This document shows, piece after piece, positions 10,639-23,149 of a DNA stretch of 64,000 nt. Source of the DNA: Flectonema sp. DT1601. Its lineage: Eukaryota. The stretch spans positions 744,001-808,000 of the forward strand of contig OZ025789.1 in the NCBI GenBank assembly GCA_964019425.1. Direction: 5' to 3'. Position 1 is the stretch's first letter. Every line of letters begins with the position of its first letter. Under the pieces are notes generated by a model that saw nothing but the letters and a program-made list of their open reading frames with translations, made no database searches and was not told where the DNA came from. The translations under genes and the position numbers were made by a program.

Positions 10639-12576
10639 TCACTCCAATTCTTGCCATGGATCTGATGAGGGTAATTCTTCTTCACAATCTTCTTCGATGT
10701 CGTACTCGGCTGCTTCTCTTTGCGCTGCGTTTGCAAATTGCAACCAGCTCTGCAGTACTTCTTCACCTTGTGACTGCGGGTTTTGAGATGCTCGAGTGAC
10801 AGTAGTTTGATTATTTCCATCTAAAGGGGAGTCGTAGTAACTCTGAACCAGAGCAAGTGCTTCTGAGGACACAGCAGATTCAGTTATTTGAACAGCTGTT
10901 GGTTGAGGGGAGAGAGGATCAATATTCTGAAGAACTTCCCAGGGATCAGTCATGTCAGCAGAAGACCCACTTCTCAGATTCAATCTGACCTCATCAACAA
11001 GAGAAGCATAAGTTCGAGATCTTTTTAAATAGCTTTCGCGTTCGATAGATTTTCGAGACTTTAGTTCTGACAAATAAACTGACCGCCACCAACCAAAGTT
11101 GCCGAACATGTCGCAGACTTTGCAGAAGAATTCGCCCTCTTCGCTGATTGCTACACGACGCCAACCAATTTCAGCTGCTTCTAATTCTGCAGTCTTTGAA
11201 GAATAGACAGGCTTCTCATAAGAAGGAGGTTTTGGTAAGTCTTCCTCGTGCCAAGCTTCAATATCCCATCTCTCTCTTGCTTCTAAATTGATTACTCTCC
11301 AAGTTAGAATATGAGTAATTCTACCAACCTCATCAACAAAAGCGTAGCGAAGTCCATCTCGCGAATTCCCTTCGACAACAGAATTTCGTTCTCGTTCCCC
11401 TTCTTCTTCAACTTTCAAATCATAAATATTCGACTGCAGAGTAAGTTCTCTTTGTCCTTGAAGCTCCAGAGAGGTTTCTTTGGAAGCAGCCATTTCTTCA
11501 AATAATTCATCCCTTTCGAATGTTTCGGACTCGAAGAGAAGGTCACGTGCTTCGCGCTGAGCAATTTCTACGCTCAGAATGTGATTGTCACTAAAGCGAT
11601 CTGAGAGGAAGGAAATGAGTTTCAAAATAATGATTTCAAACCTGCTGGCCTGGAGCGACTCTTCACTTATGATGGCGCATCGGTTTTGATCTTCCAGCGA
11701 TTCTACTTTCCCAAGCAGTCGGGTAGTTCTGCTGGCCAACACTTCTGAACGAATCGTGTGCTTCGATCGTAGTCCTTCACTTCGCGAACATTTCTTGCGC
11801 AACACTATTGACATGGCGGAAATCGCCTGTGATTGAGACAACTGCAGGTCTTCCATTTCATACTCCCCTCTGTTAATGATTGCTTTACGGAAGAGTGATT
11901 CGCTGCTTGAAAGGAGTTGCTGTTCTGCTGCGTTGGAGTAGTTTTCATTTTCAATAATTTCTCTCTCGACTTCTAACATCATAACAGAAGTCCACTGCGC
12001 ACAGAACTGACGCCCACGTTCTCTAACCAAGTCTAACTCCGGGGAAGGCAGAGCCTCGGAAGGAGATGGCTGAGCGACATGTGCTGGGCTTTTGACGGGC
12101 GACTCCGAACGTTCACTGCTAACAGTGGGTGTGACAGCTGCAGTAAACTGATGTATTTCCTGTTGAATTTTAGCTGCTGCAGGTGTTTGAGGCTTTTCGG
12201 TAGGTACGTTGTTTTCAGCAGCTGCTGCAATTGTATTTGACTTCTTTGGAAGAGTTGCCGCAGTCTCTTGTAGTGAAGGCAAATGATATGGCAACACCGT
12301 TGCTGGTACTGCTGGAGTTGATATCTTAAATCCAACTGTCCTCGGGATAGTTTCTCGAAACCATCCACACAATCCATGAAAGACTTTATAATATTCATAA
12401 TCAATAATCATTCTGTTACTCCCTTCTTCATTAAATAGCTGTACTAAGTTTGAAAGTTTTAGCTGCTGTCGCAGCTCCCGTTTGGCTTCTCGCTGAAGCC
12501 GTCGCTCTTCAGCAATTTGGTGTTGTTTTCTGATGCCATTCCAAATGTCTTCAGCTCCCGCTGATGCTGCGATCAT
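10639..12576 (-). CDS. Coiled-coil protein with E-x3-R-x2-I-x3-E type repeats, unknown function
   Basis: Long ORF; first ATG at 12576 (track start 12633 is GTG). Repeats such as EDQNRCAIISEE, EARERWDIEAWHEE, ELKSRKSIERE. Confidence 0.85.
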   Translation of the reverse strand: MIAASAGAEDIWNGIRKQHQIAEERRLQREAKRELRQQLKLSNLVQLFNEEGSNRMIIDYEYYKVFHGLCGWFRETIPRTVGFKISTPAVPATVLPYHLPSLQETAATLPKKSNTIAAAAENNVPTEKPQTPAAAKIQQEIHQFTAAVTPTVSSERSESPVKSPAHVAQPSPSEALPSPELDLVRERGRQFCAQWTSVMMLEVEREIIENENYSNAAEQQLLSSSESLFRKAIINRGEYEMEDLQLSQSQAISAMSIVLRKKCSRSEGLRSKHTIRSEVLASRTTRLLGKVESLEDQNRCAIISEESLQASRFEIIILKLISFLSDRFSDNHILSVEIAQREARDLLFESETFERDELFEEMAASKETSLELQGQRELTLQSNIYDLKVEEEGERERNSVVEGNSRDGLRYAFVDEVGRITHILTWRVINLEARERWDIEAWHEEDLPKPPSYEKPVYSSKTAELEAAEIGWRRVAISEEGEFFCKVCDMFGNFGWWRSVYLSELKSRKSIERESYLKRSRTYASLVDEVRLNLRSGSSADMTDPWEVLQNIDPLSPQPTAVQITESAVSSEALALVQSYYDSPLDGNNQTTVTRASQNPQSQGEEVLQSWLQFANAAQREAAEYDIEEDCEEELPSSDPWQELE

Positions 12577-14245
12577 ATTTAAAAACTTTAACACGAAAAG
12601 GAATAGATTATTATTTTTGTTTTCAATTCTCACAATTAGATAATTCTGTTGAGCAACACCTGTCAGCGATGATTGTTGTGATGTGAAAAGGAATGGAGAA
12701 TTAAATTACCAACAAAATCCAAATTCTCATCTTCGCTTTAAAAATAAAAGAAAAGTCCGTCGGGTAAATGCTTTGTTTTTGTAAAGTCAGATTCTCAATA
12801 ATATGTTGGTAAAATTGAGACGCTTACAAGGCAATATTGCAAAGTAAATGGGCCAAGTGGCTCTTACAGGGGGGTATGTGCACGATGTACACAGTTTTTT
12901 CGCATACCTTCTCTCTAATCTACCAAATTTCAAACTTATGCACCAACGACACAGAAAGCAGAGGGTCGGCGTGAATAACACAAACACATGGAATGTTTTC
13001 AGAGAGGTATTTTCGACTTCGAAAAGTCACATGAAAAGAAGAAGAAGAATCGAGAGAGAGAGAAAACAAAAAGAAATCACTGTCATCGATCCAAAGATTA
13101 AAAAAGTTATTGGGAGAGAATCTGTAAAACTAAACGAAAATTATTTCGTTCGTTCGTTACATCTTTTGACTATCAAATATGAATACAGCCAGGAAAATCT
13201 GCTACCAAAAATGCATATGAACAAGGATGAACAGCCTCTCCGTGTAAAGATAAAAAATGTCTTCAACGTGTGGTAGGCAGTCCCGTCCTTAAGAGACTAC
13301 CTACACGCACTCGATACACATCTGAGTACAGAGAGCTGAGTTATGGTACATAATGTGGTGGTGGTGGAGGAAGGAGGAGGAGTAGGATAGAGAGAGTTGA
13401 AATAAACTAAAAATATTCCTTCAATTAGTGTCCTCTAACTAGTGTCGTGCTACACCAACACTTCAATCAAAAAGTTGTGTTGTAAAATCACTACAGCCAC
13501 TGACACAGGGAAAGATTTGTGTACAGAATGGATGATCTCCATTTTCCAAACACGAAGATGAGAAACAAAAAAATATCAGAAGTTAAATAATCTCATTATC
13601 AACTTGTCATTGACTCCCACGAGAAATAATAAAATGGGTAGTCACGACTTCTTATGCAATACATCAGTTGGTCTTTTCCAAATTAATGAAAGGTGCTGAC
13701 GACCAACGGGAGGCTTGTGGAAGAACTACTTTACCTTTCTGTGATCGTAAAACAAACTCCTGTACTCGCTGAAGTGAATCAAACTTAAGAGGAATAACAC
13801 CACTCACACAGTTAGTGCTCAAAGACAACAACACAACATTTATTTAAAAATAAAAAAGGAAAAACCGTCGCGAGCAATTACCTCCAAAGTCGATGACAAA
13901 TGGAGAATCGACTTTCGCATACTAATCGCAAATAAGAAAAGAAAACAAACATACTCACACCGTCCACTATGTTATTTTATATTTAGACGCCTCCTTCCAA
14001 TCAGAACCGATCTTGCTGAAAAAAGAGATTGTTGCGTTCTGAAAAGGAAAGCAACTTCACACTAACTACCACTAAAAAATATCTCCAGAAAAAGAACTGA
14101 TTTGGAAGGAAAAAATAAAACATTGCAGACAGTAACAGTGGTATCAGTTTATGCCACAACTATCTAAAAAAAGAAGGTCGAAGTGATAGTGGAAACCATC
14201 ACAATATAAATAAGAGAAATTGTTTTTTTTTTTTTGTTTTTTGGG

Positions 14246-16599
14246 TTAAGTGGCGCAATTGCTACCAACTTCTGCTGCAGCGACTACGTAGTCGCTGCAG
14301 GTCGGATCGCCTCCGTTAGTATTGTGAGGTGGTATTTCATCTCTTGTTGGATCTTGAACTTCTATTTGTGTTGACATCTCACCACAGAGTTGAGAGACAC
14401 ATTTTGTAATGGAGAGAAGATCAACAGGTCTGTCATGAAGAACTCTTCTAACTATCGCATCCATAAAGCGAGGTAGTTTTACTTCTTTCATATAACAAAT
14501 ACTACTCGAAGTCGTTGGTATTCCTGAGATGTGATTCAGGCTACGTGAGCTTGAGGCGTTATTTGGAGAAGTAAATGAACTTTGTTGTCGTGGAAAAGGA
14601 ATCGACTGAATCTCTTCCATTACAATCTTATTCCTGTTGGCTACTGGTGACGGTACCGGAGAAGCACCAAACGAGCTGTGCGTGTCTCCAAAGAACTTTG
14701 ACTTCCCACTTACCAACAATGACCTCCCCGACACGTTACTCGGTACTCGCACACTTAATTGCCTTCGATGAATGTGACTTTGATTCTGACCACCGAACCA
14801 ACTCGTTGTTTCAATTAACTCACTACAGGTATCTCCATGATAAGATTCACTGTCTGCCTGCAGTAATTGTGTTGTGGTACGACGCCTTCCGCTGGTTTCA
14901 TCGAGTTCAACCAATTCTTCATCGTCAGTGAGAATAAACTCATGTGTTAGTAACGTACTACAGTCTGGTCTCTTTGTTGGATCTGCTTGCATGCAAGATT
15001 TAATAAAATCTTTAACTTGAGGAGAGAGGTCTTCAGGAATAGGATGCTCAGATTGCATAATCATTTTTAATAACCGAGCTCTGTGTACATCCCCAAGATG
15101 ACTCCATGGTTGAGTTCCTGTTGCCATCTCTAATGCGATGCATCCGATTGCCCAAACGTCTTGTGGTTTTGCAATAGTCCCCGTCAATGATTCTGGTGAG
15201 CTGTAAGCTGGTGTTCCTTGCCAAGTACACTCAGAGTCATCAACTGACAATTGATGAGCTGTTCCAAAGTCAACCACCTTCACTCCCCCTCTCGATGTGC
15301 ACATTACATTAGCTGGTTTTAAGTCTCTGTGAATTACTTCCTTTGAATGTAAGTAACCAACAGCCTGAATAATTTCCCGAAGTAGTCTTACTAAAATCGT
15401 AAGTGGGAGTTTTCCTTTCCAGGTGTTCTCAATCAGGTTTCTGTTTTTTTTTTCCTTTTTTTACTTCGTAATTTCTCTCACAAAACAGAGAACCTAAACA
15501 TACTTTAAATTGGTACCTTCAACATAATCCATAATAAGATGAACTGAGTTCGGATGGATCTCAAAGGCGTGAATCTTAACTAAATTACGATGGACTAGCG
15601 ACCTGTTTTAATAGTAATTGTTGCGTACACAATGAGTGAATGAATATGATAAACTCTTTTAGAATAAACATACTTCATAATAATGTGTTCCTTCATTGTT
15701 TGTTGAATTAATCCATCATCAGCTCGAGTCTTAATAACTTTCAGAGCAACCATCTCACCCGTAGTCAGATGAACAGCTGAGTAAACTGTAGCAAAGGAAC
15801 CTTTTCCGAGTACTGCGAGGATGTTGTAGTTGCCACTTAGTTTTCTCTCGTGATTGACAGTATTGAGATACTTCTTTGATGATCGAGTAGGGCTCACGAC
15901 AGCACCAACACCACCAAATCCGACGTTAGATTCATCAGCCTCATGAACTAATCTATAATGAACCATTTCACAGTCTGCAGGGTCATCAGAAGTTGAATAA
16001 CAAAGAACTCCATAAGCACATGAGGGGAGATCTCCTTTAGTTCCCATCCACGTAACGTATCGACTCTGACGATCAATTAATGATTCGCTCGCGGGATGCA
16101 ACAAACATTTCTCAAAAATATCTTTTCTCGAACTCTCAGGAAGTTCATAAGGTCCATCAAGAATTATTCTACTAGCCTCATTATCAGGATTAATAATACA
16201 AGCATTGATCTGAACACAATGTAATTCATCACCTCCAGATTGAATCAGTTCAGTGATCATTCGATTGCGAGACAAACGTCTATCTGGAGCATCAAAATAA
16301 ACAAATCCTCCGTACGTTAGTAAACTGTGAGCACTGTCTGTACAGAGTTTGGCACCAGACATGCATGGAGGATATAAAAAACTGACGTACTCAGCGCTCA
16401 AAGGAATTCCTAATTCCACTCGTTCAGAACTCGCAATGGTCAACGGCTCTGGTTCGCTGATCTCACCAACACAAGTTCCGCCGTACCTTCTCAGCCATCG
16501 CACCAACTCTAACGGACCATTAACGCGATAGATCTTCAGCTCAGGTACCACCGTCATATCAACAACTCCCCTCACGTCTTGTGAGATTCCAATTTCCAT
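14246..16599 (-). CDS. STE11/MEKK-like Ser/Thr protein kinase, 3 exons (16599-15674, 15602-15504, 15440-14246; ~739 aa)
   Basis: Introns 15603-15673 and 15441-15503 (both GTATGT..ACAG) join the two track ORFs into a full kinase: GKGSFATV, VALK, HRNLVK, HRDLKPANV, DFG, GTPAYSSPE, DVWAIGC. Start uncertain because the frame is open further upstream. Confidence 0.92.
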
Positions 16600-16899
16600 T
16601 CGATTCTTCAAACACAAATAGCGATCATGACGTGGAGGGGGTTCAGATGCTGAGGAAAAAAGTAATTTTATTATTTTATCAATAATTACGAGAGGTGGCT
16701 TTGATTGCCAACTATCAATCGAATCGGTTGAGAGCTGTTTAGAAAATAATAATTTAGAATCCGTCAGACGGAACAACTCTTCAAACTTACTTAAGAAGTG
16801 TAAATATCAAAAATAACAGAAACAGAAAACAGCTACCACGTGATTCCATTGTAGCAGTAGCCGCATAAATAAAAACAGATCGAGAAATAGATTATCAGG

Positions 16900-19314
16900 T
16901 CAGCTGTGTTCAGTAATCAGCTGCATCAGGTCACCTCTCCTCCTGTCGATGACGATGTCATCAGCAGCTGTCAGCATCTTTCGAACAACACGCTGTTGGT
17001 TAACTTGTTGAGTAGCTGCTGAGAGTGGTAGTGTTGGAGGTGAAGGATCGAGTATCGGAACAGGTGGAATTACTTCAAACGAAGCCGAGGTAAGGAGTGC
17101 TGGAGCAGTACCGACTTTCCTGCCCTCGTTTGGAATCGATTGCGGAACTCGAACAGCATCCGTCAGAAACGACGACCAGTTTCGACGCTGAGCATCTGGT
17201 TCTGGCAAACCTGAAGAGACACTTTTCTTAACAATCGGAAATACTTGTCGAGAAGCTGATGTTGTTCTTGGTCTTAATGTTGGTCTTGTGTGTGGCAGAG
17301 CAGGCTCTGTTCTTATTTTGTTTATTATTTCCTTTTTGGGTTTATTAGAAGGAACGGTACTTCCCTTCAACAGCTCTGACTCAAACCTTCTCAGTTGGAA
17401 ATGTTGATTACCTAAAGTTGGTTTAAAAATACTATTCGCATTGAATGAAGCGATCGCATCGATTCCTTTTGTCCAGGTAGCCTGCTCAATTCCGAGGAGT
17501 TCAAATTTTTTTGAATCCCACTGAGTTGACTTTTCCTTTAGATTTTTCTCCATTCTGGAAACACATTTACTAATACGATCTTGAATGTCAGCATTTCTTG
17601 CGTGTAGTCGAGCAGGGGCGCTGTAAATAGTTTGTAACTCTCGCAGGTCGCTAACGATCTGATGAGTTCCGTCACAAGATTGGAGTTTACAAATACAAAG
17701 AGAGATCCAACTGTCATTATCTGAAGTTACATTTTGTCGGTTAGTTACTAAGGCTTGCTCAACATCGCGTAGCTTCTTTGCTGCTTCCGGAATAGTTGTT
17801 CCTGTGATTGTAATGATGTCGTTGCTGTTAATTATTTGTGTTGAGAAGTTCATCATCGTTTCTAATTCTCTAATACAAAACTGTTGTTTATAAAGTAACG
17901 GATGAGGACTGTCATCAACATAAAGTACTTCAAGTATCTCTCGACACTCTTGAGAGTATCCTCCGCAACTTCGAAGTCGTGTAATCCATTCCTTTGCCTT
18001 GTCTCTATTCTTATCAATCTTGTCGGATTTAATTTGATACATTAAATCTGTTAGCGATCTCGATGCTCTTTCATGTTGTTGGTCTTCAGAAGAAGTGACA
18101 GCAAGCTTACGAATATGATCATATAACAGTGATAGCCTTGATTCATTCATGATGTCTTCAGCCTTGTCAATTTCTGGGTCACTTCTTAAACTCCGAATTG
18201 AAGAAATCAGATTCGCATGTTCGATTCCGTGTTCGCGAAGTTTTTTCAATGATGACGCCGTCCAATCATCCAGTCCTGATTTGTATTTTTGATTTTTAAG
18301 TTCGACAAAGATATCTGTGACGGCTTTGCTGACTACCGCAGGCTTGCCCTGATCTTCAAGTTTTTGAACAGATTTTTGCAATTCGGATTCGCAAGTTTCT
18401 AAAATTGACTGACGAACAGAATTTTCAACATCAGTGTTCGCTATCAAGTTCTTCAATGGTACGCTGATGTCTTCACTGAACGCGCTGCACAGTTGCAGTT
18501 TTTTAATTGAATCCGCCACCCATCTAATTGTATTATGTTCTCGATAACTCTGCGATCGGACGTCTGAAATAACACTCTCCACTACACTTCTTTCACGGGA
18601 TCGTAACTGAGACAATCCTGTTAAACATTTGTCGATGTGAATTACTTTCTGCTCTCTTCGAACTGGTCCCTGACTGTTGTACAATAATTGAAGACATTCT
18701 ATTGAACGAATGTGACGTAATATTAAATTGAGATTAGCTGAGAGAGATTCAAACACTCTTTCTCTATCTCTCGCTAGTTGTGTTCGAGTGTTAACACTTC
18801 TACCAACGTGTTTCATTAGAGTTGACAGTTGCTTGTCGTGAGATTTCTTAATCTCTTCGAGCTTCTTACGATTGGCTGCTTCGCGGCGTTCTTCAGCGTC
18901 TTTGTTATTAATGAGATTGAAATATAATTTAGTCAGAAGCTTTAGAAGACCTCCATGAGCATCTTCATCCTGCGATGTCATCTCAAACATGTACCTCTCA
19001 AAGCTCCTTGAGTAGGGATCGAACTTGTCCTGAGTTCCCTTAACCAATTCATTGACTAAGAGAGTTAGCATACCAACCTTTCCGTGTTTCTTCCTCAGAG
19101 AATCCATTGTTATCTCTTTTGTTTCAGTCCACTTGTTTAATTTTAATAATAAATTATATCTTACCATATTACTAACAGTGCTGCTCTCATCGGTGTTTCG
19201 ATCTCTTGATTCTAACGAGTGCTTTGGAGTTATTGCATCTGGTCCAGTAGACGACGGAGAAACAACTGACCATCCTACTATGGTTTCTTTGTCTCGGTGG
19301 TGTTCTTCAGACAT
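16900..19314 (-). CDS. Helical/coiled-coil protein with internal ~90-aa repeats, unknown function (804 aa)
   Basis: Long ORF; acceptor ttcaacag at ~19333. Confidence 0.88.
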   Translation of the reverse strand: MSEEHHRDKETIVGWSVVSPSSTGPDAITPKHSLESRDRNTDESSTVSNMVRYNLLLKLNKWTETKEITMDSLRKKHGKVGMLTLLVNELVKGTQDKFDPYSRSFERYMFEMTSQDEDAHGGLLKLLTKLYFNLINNKDAEERREAANRKKLEEIKKSHDKQLSTLMKHVGRSVNTRTQLARDRERVFESLSANLNLILRHIRSIECLQLLYNSQGPVRREQKVIHIDKCLTGLSQLRSRERSVVESVISDVRSQSYREHNTIRWVADSIKKLQLCSAFSEDISVPLKNLIANTDVENSVRQSILETCESELQKSVQKLEDQGKPAVVSKAVTDIFVELKNQKYKSGLDDWTASSLKKLREHGIEHANLISSIRSLRSDPEIDKAEDIMNESRLSLLYDHIRKLAVTSSEDQQHERASRSLTDLMYQIKSDKIDKNRDKAKEWITRLRSCGGYSQECREILEVLYVDDSPHPLLYKQQFCIRELETMMNFSTQIINSNDIITITGTTIPEAAKKLRDVEQALVTNRQNVTSDNDSWISLCICKLQSCDGTHQIVSDLRELQTIYSAPARLHARNADIQDRISKCVSRMEKNLKEKSTQWDSKKFELLGIEQATWTKGIDAIASFNANSIFKPTLGNQHFQLRRFESELLKGSTVPSNKPKKEIINKIRTEPALPHTRPTLRPRTTSASRQVFPIVKKSVSSGLPEPDAQRRNWSSFLTDAVRVPQSIPNEGRKVGTAPALLTSASFEVIPPVPILDPSPPTLPLSAATQQVNQQRVVRKMLTAADDIVIDRRRGDLMQLITEHS

Positions 19315-19845
19315 TTACTACATTCATTATATCTGTTGAAAGTGAAATTAGTAAAAATAAAATAACTATTTTCCCTCAATTAAATTGAATCACGTCTTTT
19401 CACAAAGGCCCCCAGTGTCGCCATTACTTCTTCAAATAGTAGAATGCTTTTTTCCAAAGGATTTTTCTTATTTTGTTAATGTTGGCTGGATTTGGTTTTT
19501 TTCTTCTTTTTTTTTTTCTCAATTTTTTCAGGCGTTTTTTTTTTCCCCCCATCGAAGAGATTTTGTTATTTTTTTTTCTTTCTTTTTTTTTCTAATTTTT
19601 TTTTTTTTTTTTTTTGATACAATTAGTAAGAAAGGTTCCTGCCCTTCGAAATAGAATGTCAACCACGAATTCTTTTTTTTTTTTTTTCAAAATCTTGTTG
19701 TTGTTTTCTGTTAACTGTCGATAAATTGCTTATTGCTGTATCCTTCATTCTATTCTTTTTTGTTTTCTTTTTTTTTTCCCGTTCTGTTCCGTTTCGCATT
19801 GACCATCCCTAAACTTATTTTTCACATAAAGGCTGTAATTTCCGG

Positions 19846-19878
<33 letters not shown>

Positions 19879-21296
19879 TGAGAAAAGAAATTACAAATTG
19901 CCTTGACTCTTACCATTCACGTAAGAAAACATACTCAAAGGTGACTATTAAAGTGTGGAGACTACGCTGTTTAAGAAGAGCATATGTGTGGAAAGCTTGT
20001 AGTCATTAAAACATTACTTCTAATCCCGTGCTACTCAAGTATATTGAAGCGAGTCTACCAAGGAAATAATCAAACACGTTCCAACAGCTGTGGGACTACT
20101 ATAACTTTTATTCATTCACATTTTTTTTTTTTTTCTTTGATAGCTTCTGACAGCATTGCTACTTTAGAAGGGTGCAGTCAGTGGTGGTGTTTTTGTTTGG
20201 TTGAATTCGGAAGTTGTTTTGCCACATCATCTCTCAGACCCTCTGCAAAAAAAAAAAAAAAAAGACTTTTTTTTTTTTTTTTTTTTTTTTGATTTCTCTC
20301 TCTTTTTTTTTTTTTTTTGTTTATTATAAAAAAAAAATTTCCCGGTTTTTCTTTAATTTCTGGCTTAGCTGAAGAGTTTCCGACGACATGCATGACAGCA
20401 GTAATAGCGTTCCCCCTCTCACGTTCCCCACTCAAATGAATGAACTATTTGGCAACAAAGAAGAGGAAAGTTAAAAATAATGCAGCTTTTGTTTGGAACA
20501 TATTTTTGCTCCATGTGTGCTGCAATTTGTGTAAACACAAAAAAAGGTAAAGAATAAAAAAAAAAACATTGCTAATACAAAATACACAAATAAAATGTAC
20601 ACAAGAATCTCATAATTAAGAACTTTGAAGATGGAGGACTCATCCCCCCCTTCTTTTTTTTTTTTTATTTAAAAAAAGATTATTTATATTCGCCAATGAA
20701 GGGAGAAAGCGTTAACTCGAAAGCACCAGGAGGGAGGTGATTGATAGTCCGAGAAAAAGGATCGCAAAATATTTATTGGAATGACTAGAGTGTAACTTAC
20801 TCAACGGCTACTTGTTATACACTTTTGCTAAAAGGTAAAGTGAGTGACCATAAAGAGTTTCAGTTTACAGTTTTATTGTGTGTTTTGTTTTCCCTTTCGA
20901 CAATCCAACACAAATCACATCCTCAAAATGAAACGTCGCACAACTACAAACTCAAAAGGTGCATTGCCCCCCCTCAGGAAGTAATAAATTTCTCGTTTTT
21001 TTTTTTTTTTTTCTTTCTTTTTTTCTTCCGGAACCATTTGACAAACACACCACTTTCTGAAAGCACAAAATTAGGTGGTCATGGAAGGGGGTTTCGGAGG
21101 GTATTCCTCTTCAGTTTCATTCTTTCCCTCACTGCAGGCTCGCAATTAAAAAATAAATAAAATAAAAAAAACACAAAAAAGATTTTCTTCTGGTCAGTAG
21201 TGGCACACTATTACAGCAACACTGTGTTATTCGGGGAAAAAAAAAAAAAAAAGAGAGAAATAAAAACACGATATAAACTTTTTTTTTTTTTTGTTC

Positions 21297-23149
21297 TCAT
21301 ATTTTGGAGGAAGGGGGTTTTGGAGTAACTGACGGGAGAAGGGGACCTGCCCCGGGGCGGCATAGCGAGATTGAGCGCACTTTTGCGCGCCAACATGTAG
21401 GTGCTACTTACATTTGAGCAAAACTCAACTAAATTATGGACCACAATATCTACTTACCAAGATCACGGTTAACTCGAGTTTCCTGTTTTGAATTATTTAC
21501 ACTCAGTTACTACTACCGAGATGAAGTACTAAATAACACGCGGCGGATGCATACTTTAGACTCAGCAAAGTTCACACAATCTAAGCAATACACAACTAGT
21601 CTGTCACCCAAGTCAGTTGGGACAGCCATCTTTGACAACAGTGGACTGTGTGTTATGTACTCAGGAACAGTCATACCTCCATTCACCTGTTTGTTTTATT
21701 TGTATAAATGAGACAGCAATCCACAAGTAACAATAAAATCAACAATCAATACCTTATTAACCATATCCCTAATCATATGTCTAATAGCAAACAGAGTTGG
21801 GTCTTCCGATTCCTCAGGTGTTCCTTCGTAGTCAGATACGACAATTCCATTTTCTTCATTACCTCTGACGCAGTCAGGTGTATTTTCGAGAATAAGAAGT
21901 TTAGACATGTCTCTGCCTAATAAAGTTAAATCTTTATTGTATCCGGCACATCCAGAAAACCATTTCTTGTGTCGGTACACGCAGTGTCGGAAGGCGTTCT
22001 TTTTATCAATGTTTCTGATGACCGCCTGTGCGTATGCCTTCACTCCTGCAGTCCATACAATTGGTTCGCAGTGTTCGGAGAGGTAATCGAGGAGCTCTTG
22101 CAGTCCAGGCCGCGCGAATAGGGGACCTTCTCTGGCGTAAATAAGAGTTTCATCCAAGTCTAACACAATTGTTATTCTTCCTTTATCTTCCTTAGCTTGT
22201 GGTGGTAGCATACACTTTGAAGGCTCACTTACCATCGATGGAGCTCTCGCCCTGCTACCTCCAATTCTCTTCATCGCCGCTGACCGCGAATATTCTTGTT
22301 TGAAGCTGACACCTCTCACTCTCTGTCCTCTCTTCGCTGTCTTCTCCTCCTCCTGCTGTCCCTGAGTGACAGCATTGCTTGTTCGCCTAGATCCTGTATT
22401 GTACATCCCACCGGGCATATCTTTCTGTTGAAATAGTAAAGAAATAATAAAGAAATAATAATCAGCACACTATTTATGTTTTGGTACCAGTCAATGAAAA
22501 CTACTCATAATAATAATCGTGTTGTCTGAATAATATAAAAAAGGTCAACAGTAGTGAGTTCTCGGCGAGGCTCCAGAGGAGCGTCAGTCGCTAAACTAAA
22601 GGTCTGCCTGTTCGTAATTGACGAGGCAATGCATTCTCGAACGCGAAGATTTGGTAATCAGAAAAATAGGTAAATTGGCAAACAGTCACAAGTGACAAAG
22701 GTGTCAAAAACTTAACTCTTTTTGCTTTCATTATTGCTTCCGAATTGGAATGAGACCACTCTGTGCGATGAGTAGCCTCGCTATGAAATAACGCAGCTGT
22801 TGGGATGTTTGGCTAACTCTGGCTTGAGAAGTCGTCCACACGATGCAAGCTGTTGTGTTGTGTTGTAGAATATCACTTTTCTATTATGTCTCAACAACAA
22901 TAAAACAAATCATACTTGAGGTAGGTTATAAGGACAGGACACATCTTGTGGACCTGACGGTGAAGGTGCTTGCGGATTCATCGGCCGTGTGACAGGTTGA
23001 GGAGCGGGACCGTTGCCAACCATCATTTGCGGTTGCTGTCCGGGCTGACCTGCTGGCATTCCCATTGGGGCACCACCGACTTGTTGCTGCTGTTGCTGTT
23101 GCTGCGGAGGAGGACCAACCCCTGCTGGCTGTGCAGCGACCATCGCCAT
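21297..23149 (-). CDS. HAD-family DxDxT (NIF/FCP1-SCP) phosphatase, PIP39-like; exons 23149-22916, 22424-21753, 21686-21555, 21482-21458, 21346-21297
   Basis: DLDETL motif, ARPGL, VWTAG, KDLTLLGR. GT-AG introns 22425-22915, 21687-21752 and 21483-21554 keep frame. Last intron 21347-21457 is optional: if retained, the stop is at 21450-21452. Gln/Pro-rich first exon. Confidence 0.88.
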
